Assembly (NCBI GenBank): GCA_963810945.1 | Contig: CAWEPI010000008.1 | Coordinates: 74,366-138,365 of the forward strand | Direction: 5' to 3' | Source: an uncultured Actinomycetes bacterium | GTDB lineage: Bacteria > Actinomycetota > UBA4738 > HRBIN12 | Length of the DNA: 64,000 bases | Shown here: piece after piece, positions 32,238 to 42,670 of the stretch | How the letters are laid out: each line of letters begins with the position of its first letter | Position numbering within the stretch: position 1 is the first letter of the stretch | Position numbers and translations under genes: made by a program | The notes under the pieces: model-generated | The model's input: only the letters and a program-made list of their open reading frames with translations | The model's database searches: none | Told to the model about the DNA's origin: nothing

Positions 32238-33313
32238 CCGGAAGCTTCCCGCTGTGGGTCGGCGGTCCACACCTTGATGCGAGCCTGCTTCCCACGGATC
32301 TCGAACTCGTCCACGAACGTCAGCTCGTCGGCGCCGCTCGTGAGGTTCGTCCGCGTCTGGTCGGCGAGGAGGATCGTCCTCCCCGTCTGCTTGGTCAGCT
32401 GCTCGATGCGCGATGCGGTGTTGACGGTGTCGCCGATCACCGAGTAGTCGATGCGTCGCTCGGAGCCCAGCGTGCCGGACATCACGCGGCCGGAGTCCAG
32501 CCCGATCCCCATCCGGAAGCCCTCCCCGATGCCTTCGGCCCGGAGCCAGCCGTTGAACTCCGACAGCCGTCGCGCGGCCATGTCGCGCGCGGCGGCGACC
32601 GCCCGGTCCGCGTGATCCACGCTCTCGACCGGCGCGCCGAACACGGCCATCAGGCCATCGCCCAGGTAGTGGACCAGCGTGCCCCCGTGATCCAGCACGG
32701 CGTCGCCCATCGTGCCCAGGTAACGGCCCAGCACCGTCATCACCTGTTCGACCGGCCGCGATTCGGCGAAGGTCGTGAATCCGCGGAGATCGATGAACAT
32801 CACGGTGACCCACAGTCGCACCGCCCCGATCGAGGGCAACCCGTCGCTGCGCGAAAGCATCTCGGCGGCGATCGGCTCCGGCAGGAAGCGGGTGAACACG
32901 TCGCGCACACGTTCCTGCTCGATGTCAGCGAGCTGCTTGCGGTTCAGACCGGATCGGATGCGCGCTCGCAGGATCACGGGGTCGAACGGCTTGGGCAGGA
33001 AGTCCTCGGCTCCCGCCTCGATGCACCGAACGATGCTGTCGGTGTCCTCGACGCCGGAGATCATGACCACCGGGGTGTGCCGGAGCTCCGGGTCCTCCTT
33101 CAGCCGCTCGAGCACCTCGATGCCGTCGAGCCCCGGCATCTCGACGTCCAACAGGACGAGATCCGGCCGGTCGGCGGAGAACGCCGCGAGCGCAGAGAAC
33201 CCGTCCTCGAACTGCGTGACGTGATGCCCGTCGTCCTCGAGGTGCTTGGCGAGGAGCCGGCGATTCAGCGGATCGTCGTCCACGATGGCGATGTGACCTC
33301 GACGACCCTCCAT
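32234..33313 (-). CDS. response regulator with class III adenylate/guanylate cyclase output domain
   Basis: REC domain ([12 protein letters not shown]...[11 protein letters not shown]) followed by a cyclase homology domain ([36 protein letters not shown]). Confidence 0.85.
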   Translation of the reverse strand: MEGRRGHIAIVDDDPLNRRLLAKHLEDDGHHVTQFEDGFSALAAFSADRPDLVLLDVEMPGLDGIEVLERLKEDPELRHTPVVMISGVEDTDSIVRCIEAGAEDFLPKPFDPVILRARIRSGLNRKQLADIEQERVRDVFTRFLPEPIAAEMLSRSDGLPSIGAVRLWVTVMFIDLRGFTTFAESRPVEQVMTVLGRYLGTMGDAVLDHGGTLVHYLGDGLMAVFGAPVESVDHADRAVAAARDMAARRLSEFNGWLRAEGIGEGFRMGIGLDSGRVMSGTLGSERRIDYSVIGDTVNTASRIEQLTKQTGRTILLADQTRTNLTSGADELTFVDEFEIRGKQARIKVWTADPQREASG

Positions 33314-33655
33314 GCGACCCCCTGTGCCGGACGCTGGAGTCTCTCACGCGGTTGTCGGTTCGAACAATCGATCGGTCTCGGGACCGGATCCTTCCTAGCT
33401 CGGCACGAGCCGGATCGTCGTGGATCGCGCCTCCGGACTCGTGATGTGGTCGACCGCCGTGGAGGATCGGCCGTACTTGCGCCTACGGATCGCACGTAGA
33501 CGTCGTCGCCGAGGCGGACTACCCAGACGACCCGCGGGCGCTGCAGCATCGCAGTACCCTCCGATCCCGTTCCTGATCCTCCCCACCTTGCTCCAGCGGC
33601 GGTCGTTGGTCGGATCGGACTCGCTCAGCCTCACTCTCCACGGTAGTGTGCGATC

Positions 33656-34159
33656 GTGGAGCATCCGGAGATCGCCGCAACCTTGATGCGTGCCGAGGTC
33701 TTCGGAGGACTCGACCCGCGCGTCGTGAGCCACGTCGCTGGGATCGCCTACTGGCGTTCGATCCCTCCTGGCCAACACGTCTTCTTCGAAGGCGATATCG
33801 CGACCGAGTTCTACGTCGTGTCTTCCGGAAGCGTGCGCGTCTACATCCCCTCACACGGCGACGAGCTCAACGCCGCCATCGTTCGAGAGGGCCAGATGTT
33901 CGGCGAGGGCGGGATGCTCGACGGGGGGCCGCGGGTGGCGTCGGCCCTCGCCCTGGAGCCCACGACGCTACTGGTCGTGCCGAGGGCACCGTGGTTCGCT
34001 CTGATCGAAAGCGAACCCGCCTTGGCACTCCGAGTGTTTTCAGCGTTCGGGGCCGCCCTCCGGAGATACGTGGGTCACGTGCTGGAATCCCTGTTCTTGG
34101 ACGTGGAGGTCCCCGAAGCTCCGCCGCTCCAGAGCGAGGAGTGGCCCGGTTCGGAGTGA
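33656..34159 (+). CDS. stand-alone cyclic-nucleotide-binding domain protein
   Basis: CNB fold (FFEGDIATEFYVVSSGSVRV...GEGGML). GTG at 33656. Confidence 0.7.
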   Translation: MEHPEIAATLMRAEVFGGLDPRVVSHVAGIAYWRSIPPGQHVFFEGDIATEFYVVSSGSVRVYIPSHGDELNAAIVREGQMFGEGGMLDGGPRVASALALEPTTLLVVPRAPWFALIESEPALALRVFSAFGAALRRYVGHVLESLFLDVEVPEAPPLQSEEWPGSE

Positions 34160-34192
34160 CGTGGACTTACTGCCGTGTGTGCTTCCCACGGG

Positions 34193-36940
34193 TCATGAGG
34201 GACGCTCGACCGGTGTCGCCGCCCGCGCGCCTCCCACCCTGCGACGGGCGATCAGCTTGCCGAGCTCCCACAGGACGAACAGCACCAGGGCAGGAAGGGC
34301 GCCGCCGATCAGCCATTGCCGGCCGGTGAGGGCCTGGGTGCTCAGCAGCGATGTCAGCAAGCCACCCCGGGCGAGCAGGATCGCGAGGACGACCTCGATC
34401 AGGATGGTGACGTTCACGACGTTGTTGTCGAACGTCTCCATGCGGAGGATCGACCCCGTCTCGTCGCGGGACTCGAACGCCGCGATCACGAGCATCAGGG
34501 AGAAGGCCACCAGTCCCATCGTGCTCCCGATCGCGACGTTGCCGTAGTGGTCCCGCCCGAAGACGATCACGAGGTCGATCGCGGCGGACATGAAGACGCC
34601 GACCAGCCCCACGGTCGTGATGACGGAGCGCGACATGATCGAGGCCGAGCGGGGGCGCGGCTTGCGATCCATGAGGCCCGGGGTCTCCTTGTCCAAGCCC
34701 AGCGCGATGCCGACGGGTGCCGTGATCAGGAAGTTGATCCACAGGATCTGGACGGCCGTGAAGGGTTGCCCTCCGGCGATGTTCAACAGCGTGGCCACCA
34801 GGAACGTCACGATGTAGGTGACGAGCGCCACCAGCATGAAGCGGATGTACTTGAGCATGTTGTCGTAGAGCTTGCGTCCCTCGGAGACCGCACGCACGAT
34901 CGTGGCGAAGTTGTCGTCGGTGAGGATCATCTTGCCGGCGTTCTTGGCGACCTCGGTGCCGGTGCCCATCGCGATGCCGATGTCGGCTGCCTTGATGGCC
35001 GGAGCGTCGTTGACCCCATCGCCGGTCATGGCCACGACGTCCCCCTGCTTGCGCAGGGTGTCCACCATCAGCACCTTGTGCTCGGGTGCCACCCTGCCCA
35101 CGACACCGATGCCATCGATGCGCACCAGCCGCTCTTCCTCCGACAAGGCGGCGAACTCCGCACCAAGGATCGCTTCGCCGGGGATGCCGAGCTGCTTGGC
35201 GATCGCAGCGCCGGTCACGACGTCGTCGCCCGTCACCATCCGCACGCGGACGTTGGCGGCCTGGGCGTTGCGGACCGCGTCCTTGGACTCGGCCCTGGGT
35301 GGGTCGATCATCCCCACCATCGCCGTCATCTGCAGCTCCTTCACCATCGAGAGCAGGTCGCCGTTGGGATCGAAGTCCGAGGGGTCGATATCCCGCGTGG
35401 CCGCGACCATGATCCGCAAGCCCTGCTCGCCGAGGCGTGCCATCTCTCGGTCGGCCCTCTCGTTCTGCTCGTCGCCCCATGGAACGCTCGTGCCGTTCGC
35501 CAGTGCGGACGCTGCTCGCCCGATCACCGCCGGGCCGGCTCCCTTGACGAACATCCGAACGACGGCCGTGCCGGACGCATCCTTCGCATCGGCGAAGACG
35601 GCCATGAGCTTGTAGGTGGGGTCGAACGGCAGCGTAGCGAGCCGGGGATGGGTGGCCTGCGTCCCCTCGACATCGAGCTTGGCCTTGTGCCCGAGGACGA
35701 GGAGCGCACCTTCGGTGGGATCGCCCACGACCTTGCCGTCGACGAGTTTGGCGTCGTTCGCGATCAGGAACGGCACGATCGCCTCCTCGATCGTGCTCGT
35801 GTTGCCGGCGGCGTGCTTGACCTCGCCGTCGAGGCCGTAGCCCATCCCGGTGATCGTGTAGCGATCCGTGGGGTCGATCACCTCGACGACCGTCACCTGG
35901 TTCATCGTCAGGGTCCCGGTCTTGTCCGAGTTGATCGCCGAGGTCGAGCCGAGGGTCTCGACGGAGGCGAGGTTCTTCACGACGGCGCCATGGTCCGCGA
36001 GGGTCGTGGATCCCTTCGACAAGATCACCTGCAGGACCGTGGGCATGGCCATCGGCACGGCGGCGAGGGCCAGCGCGATGGCGGTCGTGAAGATCGTCTC
36101 GGTCGATTGGTCGCGGGAGATGCCGAGGGCGAACATGATCACGATCGTCAGGCCGGCGGCACCGGCGATCCAGAGCGTCAACGTGTCGAGCTGCGCGGTC
36201 AGCGGGGTCTTGAGGGTGGGCGTCGACTTCAACATCCCGGAGATGCGGCCGACCTCGGTGTCGGCGCCGGTCCCGGTGACGATCATCACACCGCTCCCGT
36301 GCGTGACCGGGGAGTTCATGAACGCCATGTTCGTCTGATCCCCCACGCCGGGCTTCTCGTCGGTGATCGCCTCGGTGCCCTTGGACGCGGGGACGCTCTC
36401 ACCGGTCAGCCCGGACTCGTCGATCTGCAGCGACGCCGCCTCGATGATCCGCCCGTCCGCGCACACGTCATCGCCCGCCTCGAGCAGCACGACGTCGCCG
36501 ACGACAACCTGGTCCGCGACGATCTCGACCTCCGTCCCGTCACGCCGGACCCGCGCGGAGGCCTTGAGCATCGACTGCAGCGCGTTCATGGCGCTCTCCG
36601 CCTTGCCCTGCTGGCGCATCCCCCCGAGCGCGTTGACCGCCGTGATCGCCAAGACCGCGATGCCCGTGGAGATCTCACCGATCAGGATCGAGCCGACGGC
36701 CGCCACGACGAGGATGATCTGCATGTAGCTCCGGTACTGGGCCAGGAACTGCTTCCAGCCGGGGACCGTCGCTTCGGCCGGAAGGGCGTTGGGGCCGTTC
36801 TTCTGCAGCAGCTCCGCAGCCTTCGCTGCACTCAGCCCCTGCGCGGGGTCGACGCCGGATCGCTGCGCCACGTCCTCGGGTGTGAGCGCGTACCAGGCCG
36901 TCGCGGAGGCATCGTCCTGGCTCTGGACGATCTCGGTCAT
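34193..36940 (-). CDS. P-type cation-transporting ATPase (P2-type, Ca2+/Mg2+-ATPase-like)
   Basis: DKTGTLT, TGES, MTGDGVNDAPAIK and 10 TM helices. Confidence 0.9.
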   Translation of the reverse strand: MTEIVQSQDDASATAWYALTPEDVAQRSGVDPAQGLSAAKAAELLQKNGPNALPAEATVPGWKQFLAQYRSYMQIILVVAAVGSILIGEISTGIAVLAITAVNALGGMRQQGKAESAMNALQSMLKASARVRRDGTEVEIVADQVVVGDVVLLEAGDDVCADGRIIEAASLQIDESGLTGESVPASKGTEAITDEKPGVGDQTNMAFMNSPVTHGSGVMIVTGTGADTEVGRISGMLKSTPTLKTPLTAQLDTLTLWIAGAAGLTIVIMFALGISRDQSTETIFTTAIALALAAVPMAMPTVLQVILSKGSTTLADHGAVVKNLASVETLGSTSAINSDKTGTLTMNQVTVVEVIDPTDRYTITGMGYGLDGEVKHAAGNTSTIEEAIVPFLIANDAKLVDGKVVGDPTEGALLVLGHKAKLDVEGTQATHPRLATLPFDPTYKLMAVFADAKDASGTAVVRMFVKGAGPAVIGRAASALANGTSVPWGDEQNERADREMARLGEQGLRIMVAATRDIDPSDFDPNGDLLSMVKELQMTAMVGMIDPPRAESKDAVRNAQAANVRVRMVTGDDVVTGAAIAKQLGIPGEAILGAEFAALSEEERLVRIDGIGVVGRVAPEHKVLMVDTLRKQGDVVAMTGDGVNDAPAIKAADIGIAMGTGTEVAKNAGKMILTDDNFATIVRAVSEGRKLYDNMLKYIRFMLVALVTYIVTFLVATLLNIAGGQPFTAVQILWINFLITAPVGIALGLDKETPGLMDRKPRPRSASIMSRSVITTVGLVGVFMSAAIDLVIVFGRDHYGNVAIGSTMGLVAFSLMLVIAAFESRDETGSILRMETFDNNVVNVTILIEVVLAILLARGGLLTSLLSTQALTGRQWLIGGALPALVLFVLWELGKLIARRRVGGARAATPVERPS

Positions 36941-36991
36941 GGTCGGGTCCTTTCCTCTACGTCCGCCGCTGCGCCGCGGGTCGGGCTGCGA

Positions 36992-37759
36992 TCAGAATGG
37001 CGTCGGGATGTTGGGCCGCGACGATTCCGGTTCGACGTACCCGTCGTGGCTCGGCGGCTTGGGCATCTTCACGTCCATCGGTGCCGGGCGTTCGTACGGG
37101 ATCTGGCCGAGCAGGTGGGTGATGATGTTCAGCCGACCGCGCTTCTTGTCGTCGTTGTCCGCGATGTGCCAGGGCGCCCACCCCGAGCTGGTGGCGACGA
37201 TCATGGCGTCGCGGGCCCGGAGGTAGGCGTACCGACGGCTGTAGGACTTGAGATCCGTGGGCGACAGCTTCCAGACCTTCCGCGGGTCGTCGATCCGGCT
37301 CTCGAGCCTCCGGGTCTGCTCGTCGCGGCTGACGTTCAGGAAGTACTTGATCAGGATGATCCCGTCATCGACCATCGCCTTCTCGACCATCGGCACCATA
37401 TCCAGGAACCGCTTGGTCTCCTCCGGTGTGCAGTAGCCCATGACGGGCTCGACGCCGGCGCGGTTGTACCAGCTGCGGTCGAAGATCACGACCTCTCCGG
37501 CCGACGGGAAGTGCGCCATGTAGCGCTGGATGTACATCTGCGACTTGACCCGCGCGTCCGGCGCGGGCAGGGCGATGTGCTTGAACACCCGGGGACTCGT
37601 TCGCTCGGTGATCCGCCGGATCGTGCCGCCCTTGCCCGCGCTGTCCACGCCCTCGAACACGACGCAGACCCTGGCGCCGGTGGCCTTGACCCACTCCTGC
37701 ATCGCCACGAGCTCACCCTGCAGGATCCGCATCTCCCGCTCGTACTCCTTCCGCTTCAT
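36992..37759 (-). CDS. ppk2: polyphosphate kinase 2
   Basis: Walker A FEGVDSAGKGG, FDRSWYNRAG, and a lid motif. Confidence 0.85.
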   Translation of the reverse strand: MKRKEYEREMRILQGELVAMQEWVKATGARVCVVFEGVDSAGKGGTIRRITERTSPRVFKHIALPAPDARVKSQMYIQRYMAHFPSAGEVVIFDRSWYNRAGVEPVMGYCTPEETKRFLDMVPMVEKAMVDDGIILIKYFLNVSRDEQTRRLESRIDDPRKVWKLSPTDLKSYSRRYAYLRARDAMIVATSSGWAPWHIADNDDKKRGRLNIITHLLGQIPYERPAPMDVKMPKPPSHDGYVEPESSRPNIPTPF

Positions 37760-37869
37760 CTTCGCGAGGGATGCGCCTCGGCCTGCGCCGCCGACGGATC
37801 AGGCGCGGCGGCCGCCTCGTGATGGTGGTTCTCGTGGCTCCCCGACTTCTTCTTCTTCTTCTTGCCCAT
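37756..37869 (-). CDS. small ORF MGKKKKKKSGSHENHHHEAAAAPDPSAAQAEAHPSRR (37 aa). Either a coupled leader peptide or a frameshifted N-terminal extension of PPK2.
   Basis: ATG with SD GGGGGT. Its stop overlaps the ppk2 ATG (ATGA). Contains an (AAG)6 trinucleotide run. Confidence 0.3.
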   Translation of the reverse strand: MGKKKKKKSGSHENHHHEAAAAPDPSAAQAEAHPSRR

Positions 37870-38092
37870 CGTTCGTACCCCCGTTTCGGCCGTCAGAGCC
37901 CGGCGACGATCTCGTATGCCTCGTGCAACCCGTGCATCATGACGGAGACCGCGCTCAGCTCGTCGGGGAACCTACCCACGGGGGCCACGCTCGGCGGTGC
38001 AGGAGCCTAGCGGTCGTGACGACGCTATCGCCCCCACCGTCGCTGCCGTGATCCGCTGTTGATCGCCGGATGAGCGGCGGGGCGGCTCACGC

Positions 38093-38560
38093 TCACGCGG
38101 CCGCCGCACGCCGCTCGAAGACCACGACCGCCGTCTCGTGCGGGCGTCGTGCCGCGAAGCTGTCGAGGTTCTCGTCCAGTTCGCGCCAACGCTGCCACAG
38201 CCGTTCACGCTCCTCGCCCACCGCGGGCCTACCGAGCACCTCGCGCCGGATGCCTCCCGCTAGATCGACGACCGCCAGCGGATCGGCCTGCAGGTTCAGC
38301 CACCAGGCCGGCTCGGCCGCACCCCAGCCGTTCATGGCCATCGAAACCAGGTTGGGCCCATCCTCGTAGTAGCCGAGGACCACGCTCCGCGGCTCGCCGC
38401 TGCGCCGGCCCCTCGTGGTGAGCCGCAAGGCGCCCCACTTCTCCGGGCGTGGACGCCACAGCCCCTTGCGCCCGCGGGTCGCTCGGACGAGCCACCTGTG
38501 CACGTGCCAGAAGGTCACGATGAACCACCGCGGTTGTAGGCGCGCCTTCCCTCCGGCCAT
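38093..38560 (-). CDS. F420H2-dependent nitroreductase/quinone reductase family (DUF385) protein
   Basis: RWFIVTFWHVHRW...LTTRGRRSGEPR...ERERLWQRW is typical of the family. SD GGAGGAG. Confidence 0.8.
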   Translation of the reverse strand: MAGGKARLQPRWFIVTFWHVHRWLVRATRGRKGLWRPRPEKWGALRLTTRGRRSGEPRSVVLGYYEDGPNLVSMAMNGWGAAEPAWWLNLQADPLAVVDLAGGIRREVLGRPAVGEERERLWQRWRELDENLDSFAARRPHETAVVVFERRAAAA

Positions 38561-38633
38561 GTCACTCCTCCTCTCACGGATGACCCACCCTCACGTGTCG
38601 CTCCCCGCTCCATCCGTCCTGCGCGGGCCGCTC

Positions 38634-39395
38634 TCAGCCGCCGACCGACACCGGTTCCCGCTCGGCCACACGGATGGAGGGTGTTGCCGGCGTGCTGAAT
38701 CCCTTGGCGATCAGCCACACCGCCAAGACCATCTCCTGCACGCCGAGGGGAAGCGCCAAGATCGTGTACGTCGTCAGTTCCTCCTGTCTGAATAGGGCCA
38801 AGAGGCACGCCAGGAACATCAGGATGACGGCGCCGATGCCCCAACCCGACAGCCATCGAGGCACGAGACGGGATCGATAGAACAGGTAGGAATAGAGCAA
38901 GCCACCGACGCTGAAGGCGAACACACCGACGAGGGCAGCCTGCTCGCGCACATCGAGGAACGCATCTCCGGCCGTTCGGAATGACACCGGATCTGCGGGC
39001 ACCGCTGAGGTGAACCGCTGGCTCAGCGCCAGCAACGACAGCAAGCACACCACGCTGATCATGTACATGACGGCTTCGGCCGTCCTGAACACGACGGATC
39101 CTAGGGCCAGGCTCGCGCCCCACCTCTTCAGAACCGGGTAGAGCGAGATGGCGATGCCGGCTGAGGCACCGGCGGCGATGAGCTCGAGCAGGGCTCCCGT
39201 CGCCACCCGGTTCGCGTGGTGGGCTACGCCAACGAGGTAGTACGGAGCTTCGAGGAGAGACCTCGAGAGTCCCGTGCCGATGACGTTCGCGACGGTCGCC
39301 GTGATGAAGAGGACTCCGGCGCACAGCGCCGTCCGTCGATCCGAGCGGACCCCTGTCCCCGTCCCCAACACCTCCTTCGGATGCCGTACTCGCAT
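38634..39395 (-). CDS. DUF4386 membrane protein
   Basis: Multi-TM protein with DUF4386-like helices. Confidence 0.65.
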   Translation of the reverse strand: MRVRHPKEVLGTGTGVRSDRRTALCAGVLFITATVANVIGTGLSRSLLEAPYYLVGVAHHANRVATGALLELIAAGASAGIAISLYPVLKRWGASLALGSVVFRTAEAVMYMISVVCLLSLLALSQRFTSAVPADPVSFRTAGDAFLDVREQAALVGVFAFSVGGLLYSYLFYRSRLVPRWLSGWGIGAVILMFLACLLALFRQEELTTYTILALPLGVQEMVLAVWLIAKGFSTPATPSIRVAEREPVSVGG

Positions 39396-39481
39396 CCGTG
39401 CAGCCCTTCGACCTCACCCGATGAGCGCGTCCGAGCCGACACCCGCTCAAGGCCAATGTCGCGCGCGGGATGCCTGCGATA

Positions 39482-39515
39482 GGTGGTCCAAAGGCCCTGA
39501 CGATGAGGGACCACC
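39482..39515 (-). terminator. 8-bp stem hairpin GGTGGTCC-N18-GGACCACC downstream of the lipid kinase gene
   Basis: Inverted repeat in the 169-bp gap between two minus-strand genes. Confidence 0.3.
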
Positions 39516-39564
39516 CCGATGCCGACACGTCACGCGTGGGTGACGGTGGTGCTGCGCAACGGCT

Positions 39565-40476
39565 TCACGGAGCCGTGCGTACGCCGGTGGGCACACGGAC
39601 CCGGAGCGTGCCGGGCAGGCTCCGGAGCCGAACGGGCGGATCGAACTTCAGCGCCTCGCCATCCACTCCGACCGGGATCGGACCCGGCGATCGAACCTCG
39701 AACTCGGACGCCTCCCACTCGAGCCACGCCCCCGACGGATGTCGCTGCCCGGCCCACCACGCTTCCGCGAAAACGGGGAAGTCTTCTCGTTCTCCCGCCC
39801 TCGCTGCGGCGATCCCCAGCACGCCCAGGTCGATCCGTTCCCTCGACCCGAACCGGCTGTCGGCCGTGAAGCGATACGGGTCGTTCGAGGCGAGGATGAA
39901 CTGGAAGCCGGTGCGCTCCTGGCCGTCCGGCCCCGCGAAGGACAGATCGAGGGGTCCGGCCTCCGGGCCGAGGACGCTCGGAAGCACCTGCCAAGCCGTT
40001 ACGGGCTTGTTCTCTCGGTATCCCTCGGTACCGACGATCATCGCGTAGACGCCGAAGGACACGTTGTTGACGAACACGCGATCCGCGATCAGTCCGAGAT
40101 CGATCCGAACCTCCTCCGCGGGCCCGAAGGCGTCGAGGGCGGCGATGGGGTTGCCCGGATCAAGACCGAGATCCTTGGCGAAGTGGTTGCGCGTCCCGAC
40201 CGGCACGCACACGAACCCTAGATCGTGGGCCTGGGCGACCTGGGCGACCAGGGCCAGCGAGCCATCGCCACCAGCCATGCCAAGGACATCGGCTCCGCGC
40301 TGCACGGCGCCCTCGGCCCGCCGTCGGAGATCGTCGCCGGGGCCGAGCACCACGTATTCGATCCCTCGTCGGATCGCCTCGTCAGCCAGGGCCACCCTCT
40401 CGGCGGTCCCGCCGCCTGACTTCGGGTTCGCCAAGAGCACCGGATGGGTGCTCGGGCCGACTCGCGCACCGGACAT
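39565..40476 (-). CDS. diacylglycerol-kinase-catalytic-domain lipid kinase (YegS/DagK-like)
   Basis: VLLANPKSGGG and GGDGSL motifs. Confidence 0.7.
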   Translation of the reverse strand: MSGARVGPSTHPVLLANPKSGGGTAERVALADEAIRRGIEYVVLGPGDDLRRRAEGAVQRGADVLGMAGGDGSLALVAQVAQAHDLGFVCVPVGTRNHFAKDLGLDPGNPIAALDAFGPAEEVRIDLGLIADRVFVNNVSFGVYAMIVGTEGYRENKPVTAWQVLPSVLGPEAGPLDLSFAGPDGQERTGFQFILASNDPYRFTADSRFGSRERIDLGVLGIAAARAGEREDFPVFAEAWWAGQRHPSGAWLEWEASEFEVRSPGPIPVGVDGEALKFDPPVRLRSLPGTLRVRVPTGVRTAP

Positions 40477-40549
40477 GCGCACCGCTGGGGGGTGCCTGAC
40501 CGCGGTGCGCACGGACCGTCTGGCGCCCTCCAAACCCGGGGCCAGGCGT

Positions 40550-42589
40550 TCAGTGGTGGTGCGCCTCGTGAGCCGCGGGCTTTGTATGCGTGGGAGCCGC
40601 GCCGAGGGATCCGTCGCCCGGTCGCAGATCGAGGGTCCTGAGCAGGGTCGCGTTGACCGCCACGACGATCGTCGAGACGCTCATCGCGAGCGCCCCGACC
40701 GCTGGCGGGAACAGGATCCCGGCCCACGCGAGCGCACCCGCGGCGAGTGGGATCGCGACCACGTTGTACCCGAGCGCCCATCCGAGGTTCTGGCGCATCT
40801 TGCGATAGCTCGCCGTCGAGAGCCGGCGCACGGAGATCACGCCGCGCGGATCGTCGCTCGCCAGGACGACACCCGCCGACTCGATCGCCACGTCCGTGCC
40901 GGCCCCGATCGCGATCCCCACGTCGGCACGGGCCAAGGCCGGGGCGTCGTTCACGCCGTCTCCAACCATCGCAACCCGGAGCCCACGTGCCTGCAGTTCC
41001 GCGACCGCCACGTCCTTGTCCTGCGGCAGTACCTCCGCCATGACCTCGTCCACGCCGACATCGGCCCCGACAGCGTCGGCTACCTGTCGAGCATCACCCG
41101 TGATCATCACCACGCGGATCCCCTCTTCACGAAGCGCTCGAACCGCCTCGACCGACTCCGGCCGCACCTGATCTTCGAGGGCGAGAGCGCCGATCACACG
41201 ATCGTCGCGGAGCACGATGAGCACCGATGCACCGCGCTCCCGCCATGTAGCGAGCTCACCTGCGAGCTGGGTGGGCTCCTCTACCTGCCGCTCACGGAGG
41301 AGCGCCGGGCCACCCACCTCGACGCGGACGCCCTCCACGTCCGCTTGAACGCCGCGGCCGGTGAGCGAGCGGAACCCGGAGGCCGGCGGGATCGATCCGG
41401 CCGTGGCCGCGGCGTCGACGATCGCCCGGGCGAGTGGATGCTCGCTGTCTGACTCCGCCGCTGCGGCCAGCCGCAGCACCTCGTCGCCGCTCCCTCCGAC
41501 ACCCGCCACCTCGCGAACGATCGGGCGCCCAACGGTCAACGTGCCGGTCTTGTCGAACAGAACCGCGCTCACCGTTCGCATCCGCTCGAGGGCGAGTCGA
41601 TCCTTGACCAAGATGCCGGAACGCGCGGCCACGGAGGTCGAGATCGCGATCACGAGGGGGATCGCGAGCCCGAGCGCGTGCGGGCACGAGATCACGAGGA
41701 CCGTAACGCTACGTTCCACCGCTTGGCTCACGTCGCCGAGCGCGGACCAAACCAGGAAGGTCACCAGTCCCGCGATCACGGCCACGTAGAACAGGATCGC
41801 GGCGGCCCGGTCGGCGAGCGCTTGTGCGCGCGACCTCGATGACTGCGCCTGCTCGACCAGGCGCAGGATCCCGGCGAGCGTCGTCTCCTCACCCACGGCC
41901 GCCACGCGAACCCTGACCGAACTGTCGGTGGCGACCGTGCCGGCGACGACCCGATCACCCAACCCGCGCAGCGCGGGCTTCGACTCACCGGTGATCATCG
42001 ATTCGTCGAAGGCCGCAGATCCGTCCTCGATCGTCCCGTCCGCCGGAACGCGGCCGCCGGAGCGGACGAGGACGAGGTCTCCCGGCACGAGGTCGGTCAC
42101 GGACACGATCCTGGGGGAATGCCCCTCGACGATCTCGGCCTCATCGGGAAGCAATGCGGCGAGGGCTTCGAGCGCACCCGACGCTTGACCGATCGCCTTC
42201 ATCTCCTGCCAGTGGCCCAGCAGCATCACGTCGATGAGGAGCGCGAGTTCCCACCAGAACTCCAGGTCGAGTGCGCGTGTCTCCGACGCCACGCTCGAGG
42301 CGAAGGCGACCACGATCGCGAGCGAGATCAGGAGCATCATGCCCGGCTGCCGCTCGCGGACCTCTCGCACGCCACCCTGCAGGAACGGCAGCCCGCCGTA
42401 GACGAACACGATCGTGCCGAAGAGCGCTGGGATCCGATCGGAGAGCGGGAAGGATGGTGCCCCATAGCCGAGCCACCCCTGCACGGTCTCCGACCACACC
42501 AGGATCGGAACCGTGAGGAGCGTGCAGAGCCAGAAACGGTCGCGGAACATCGCGACGCTGTGCCCCGCGTGCTTGTCGTGCCCATTCAT
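40550..42589 (-). CDS. heavy-metal P1B-type ATPase with CPH transmembrane motif and His-rich termini (P1B-3/CopB-like), no N-terminal HMA domain
   Basis: SCPHALGLAIP, DKTGTLT, GDGVNDAPAL. His-rich N-terminus (MNGHDKHAGHS) and C-terminus (HEAHHH). ATG at 42589. Confidence 0.85.
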   Translation of the reverse strand: MNGHDKHAGHSVAMFRDRFWLCTLLTVPILVWSETVQGWLGYGAPSFPLSDRIPALFGTIVFVYGGLPFLQGGVREVRERQPGMMLLISLAIVVAFASSVASETRALDLEFWWELALLIDVMLLGHWQEMKAIGQASGALEALAALLPDEAEIVEGHSPRIVSVTDLVPGDLVLVRSGGRVPADGTIEDGSAAFDESMITGESKPALRGLGDRVVAGTVATDSSVRVRVAAVGEETTLAGILRLVEQAQSSRSRAQALADRAAAILFYVAVIAGLVTFLVWSALGDVSQAVERSVTVLVISCPHALGLAIPLVIAISTSVAARSGILVKDRLALERMRTVSAVLFDKTGTLTVGRPIVREVAGVGGSGDEVLRLAAAAESDSEHPLARAIVDAAATAGSIPPASGFRSLTGRGVQADVEGVRVEVGGPALLRERQVEEPTQLAGELATWRERGASVLIVLRDDRVIGALALEDQVRPESVEAVRALREEGIRVVMITGDARQVADAVGADVGVDEVMAEVLPQDKDVAVAELQARGLRVAMVGDGVNDAPALARADVGIAIGAGTDVAIESAGVVLASDDPRGVISVRRLSTASYRKMRQNLGWALGYNVVAIPLAAGALAWAGILFPPAVGALAMSVSTIVVAVNATLLRTLDLRPGDGSLGAAPTHTKPAAHEAHHH

Positions 42590-42670
42590 CTGCGGGAGAC
42601 CGGCTCGACGTTCGTCACGATGTTCCCTGTACCACATCCACGGCCGCGGCGAAGCACTACATTGCGCGGC

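Noticed and set aside
34316-37822. 1168-aa plus-strand ORF
   Set aside because: Antisense of the P-type ATPase and PPK2 genes. Composition dominated by R/G/D/H with no motifs.
37893-37990. Short minus-strand ORF (...VGRFPDELSAVSVMMHGLHEAYEIVAGL) between PPK2 and the DUF385 gene
   Set aside because: About 30 codons, no SD, no recognisable family. Cannot be distinguished from chance in 70% GC DNA.
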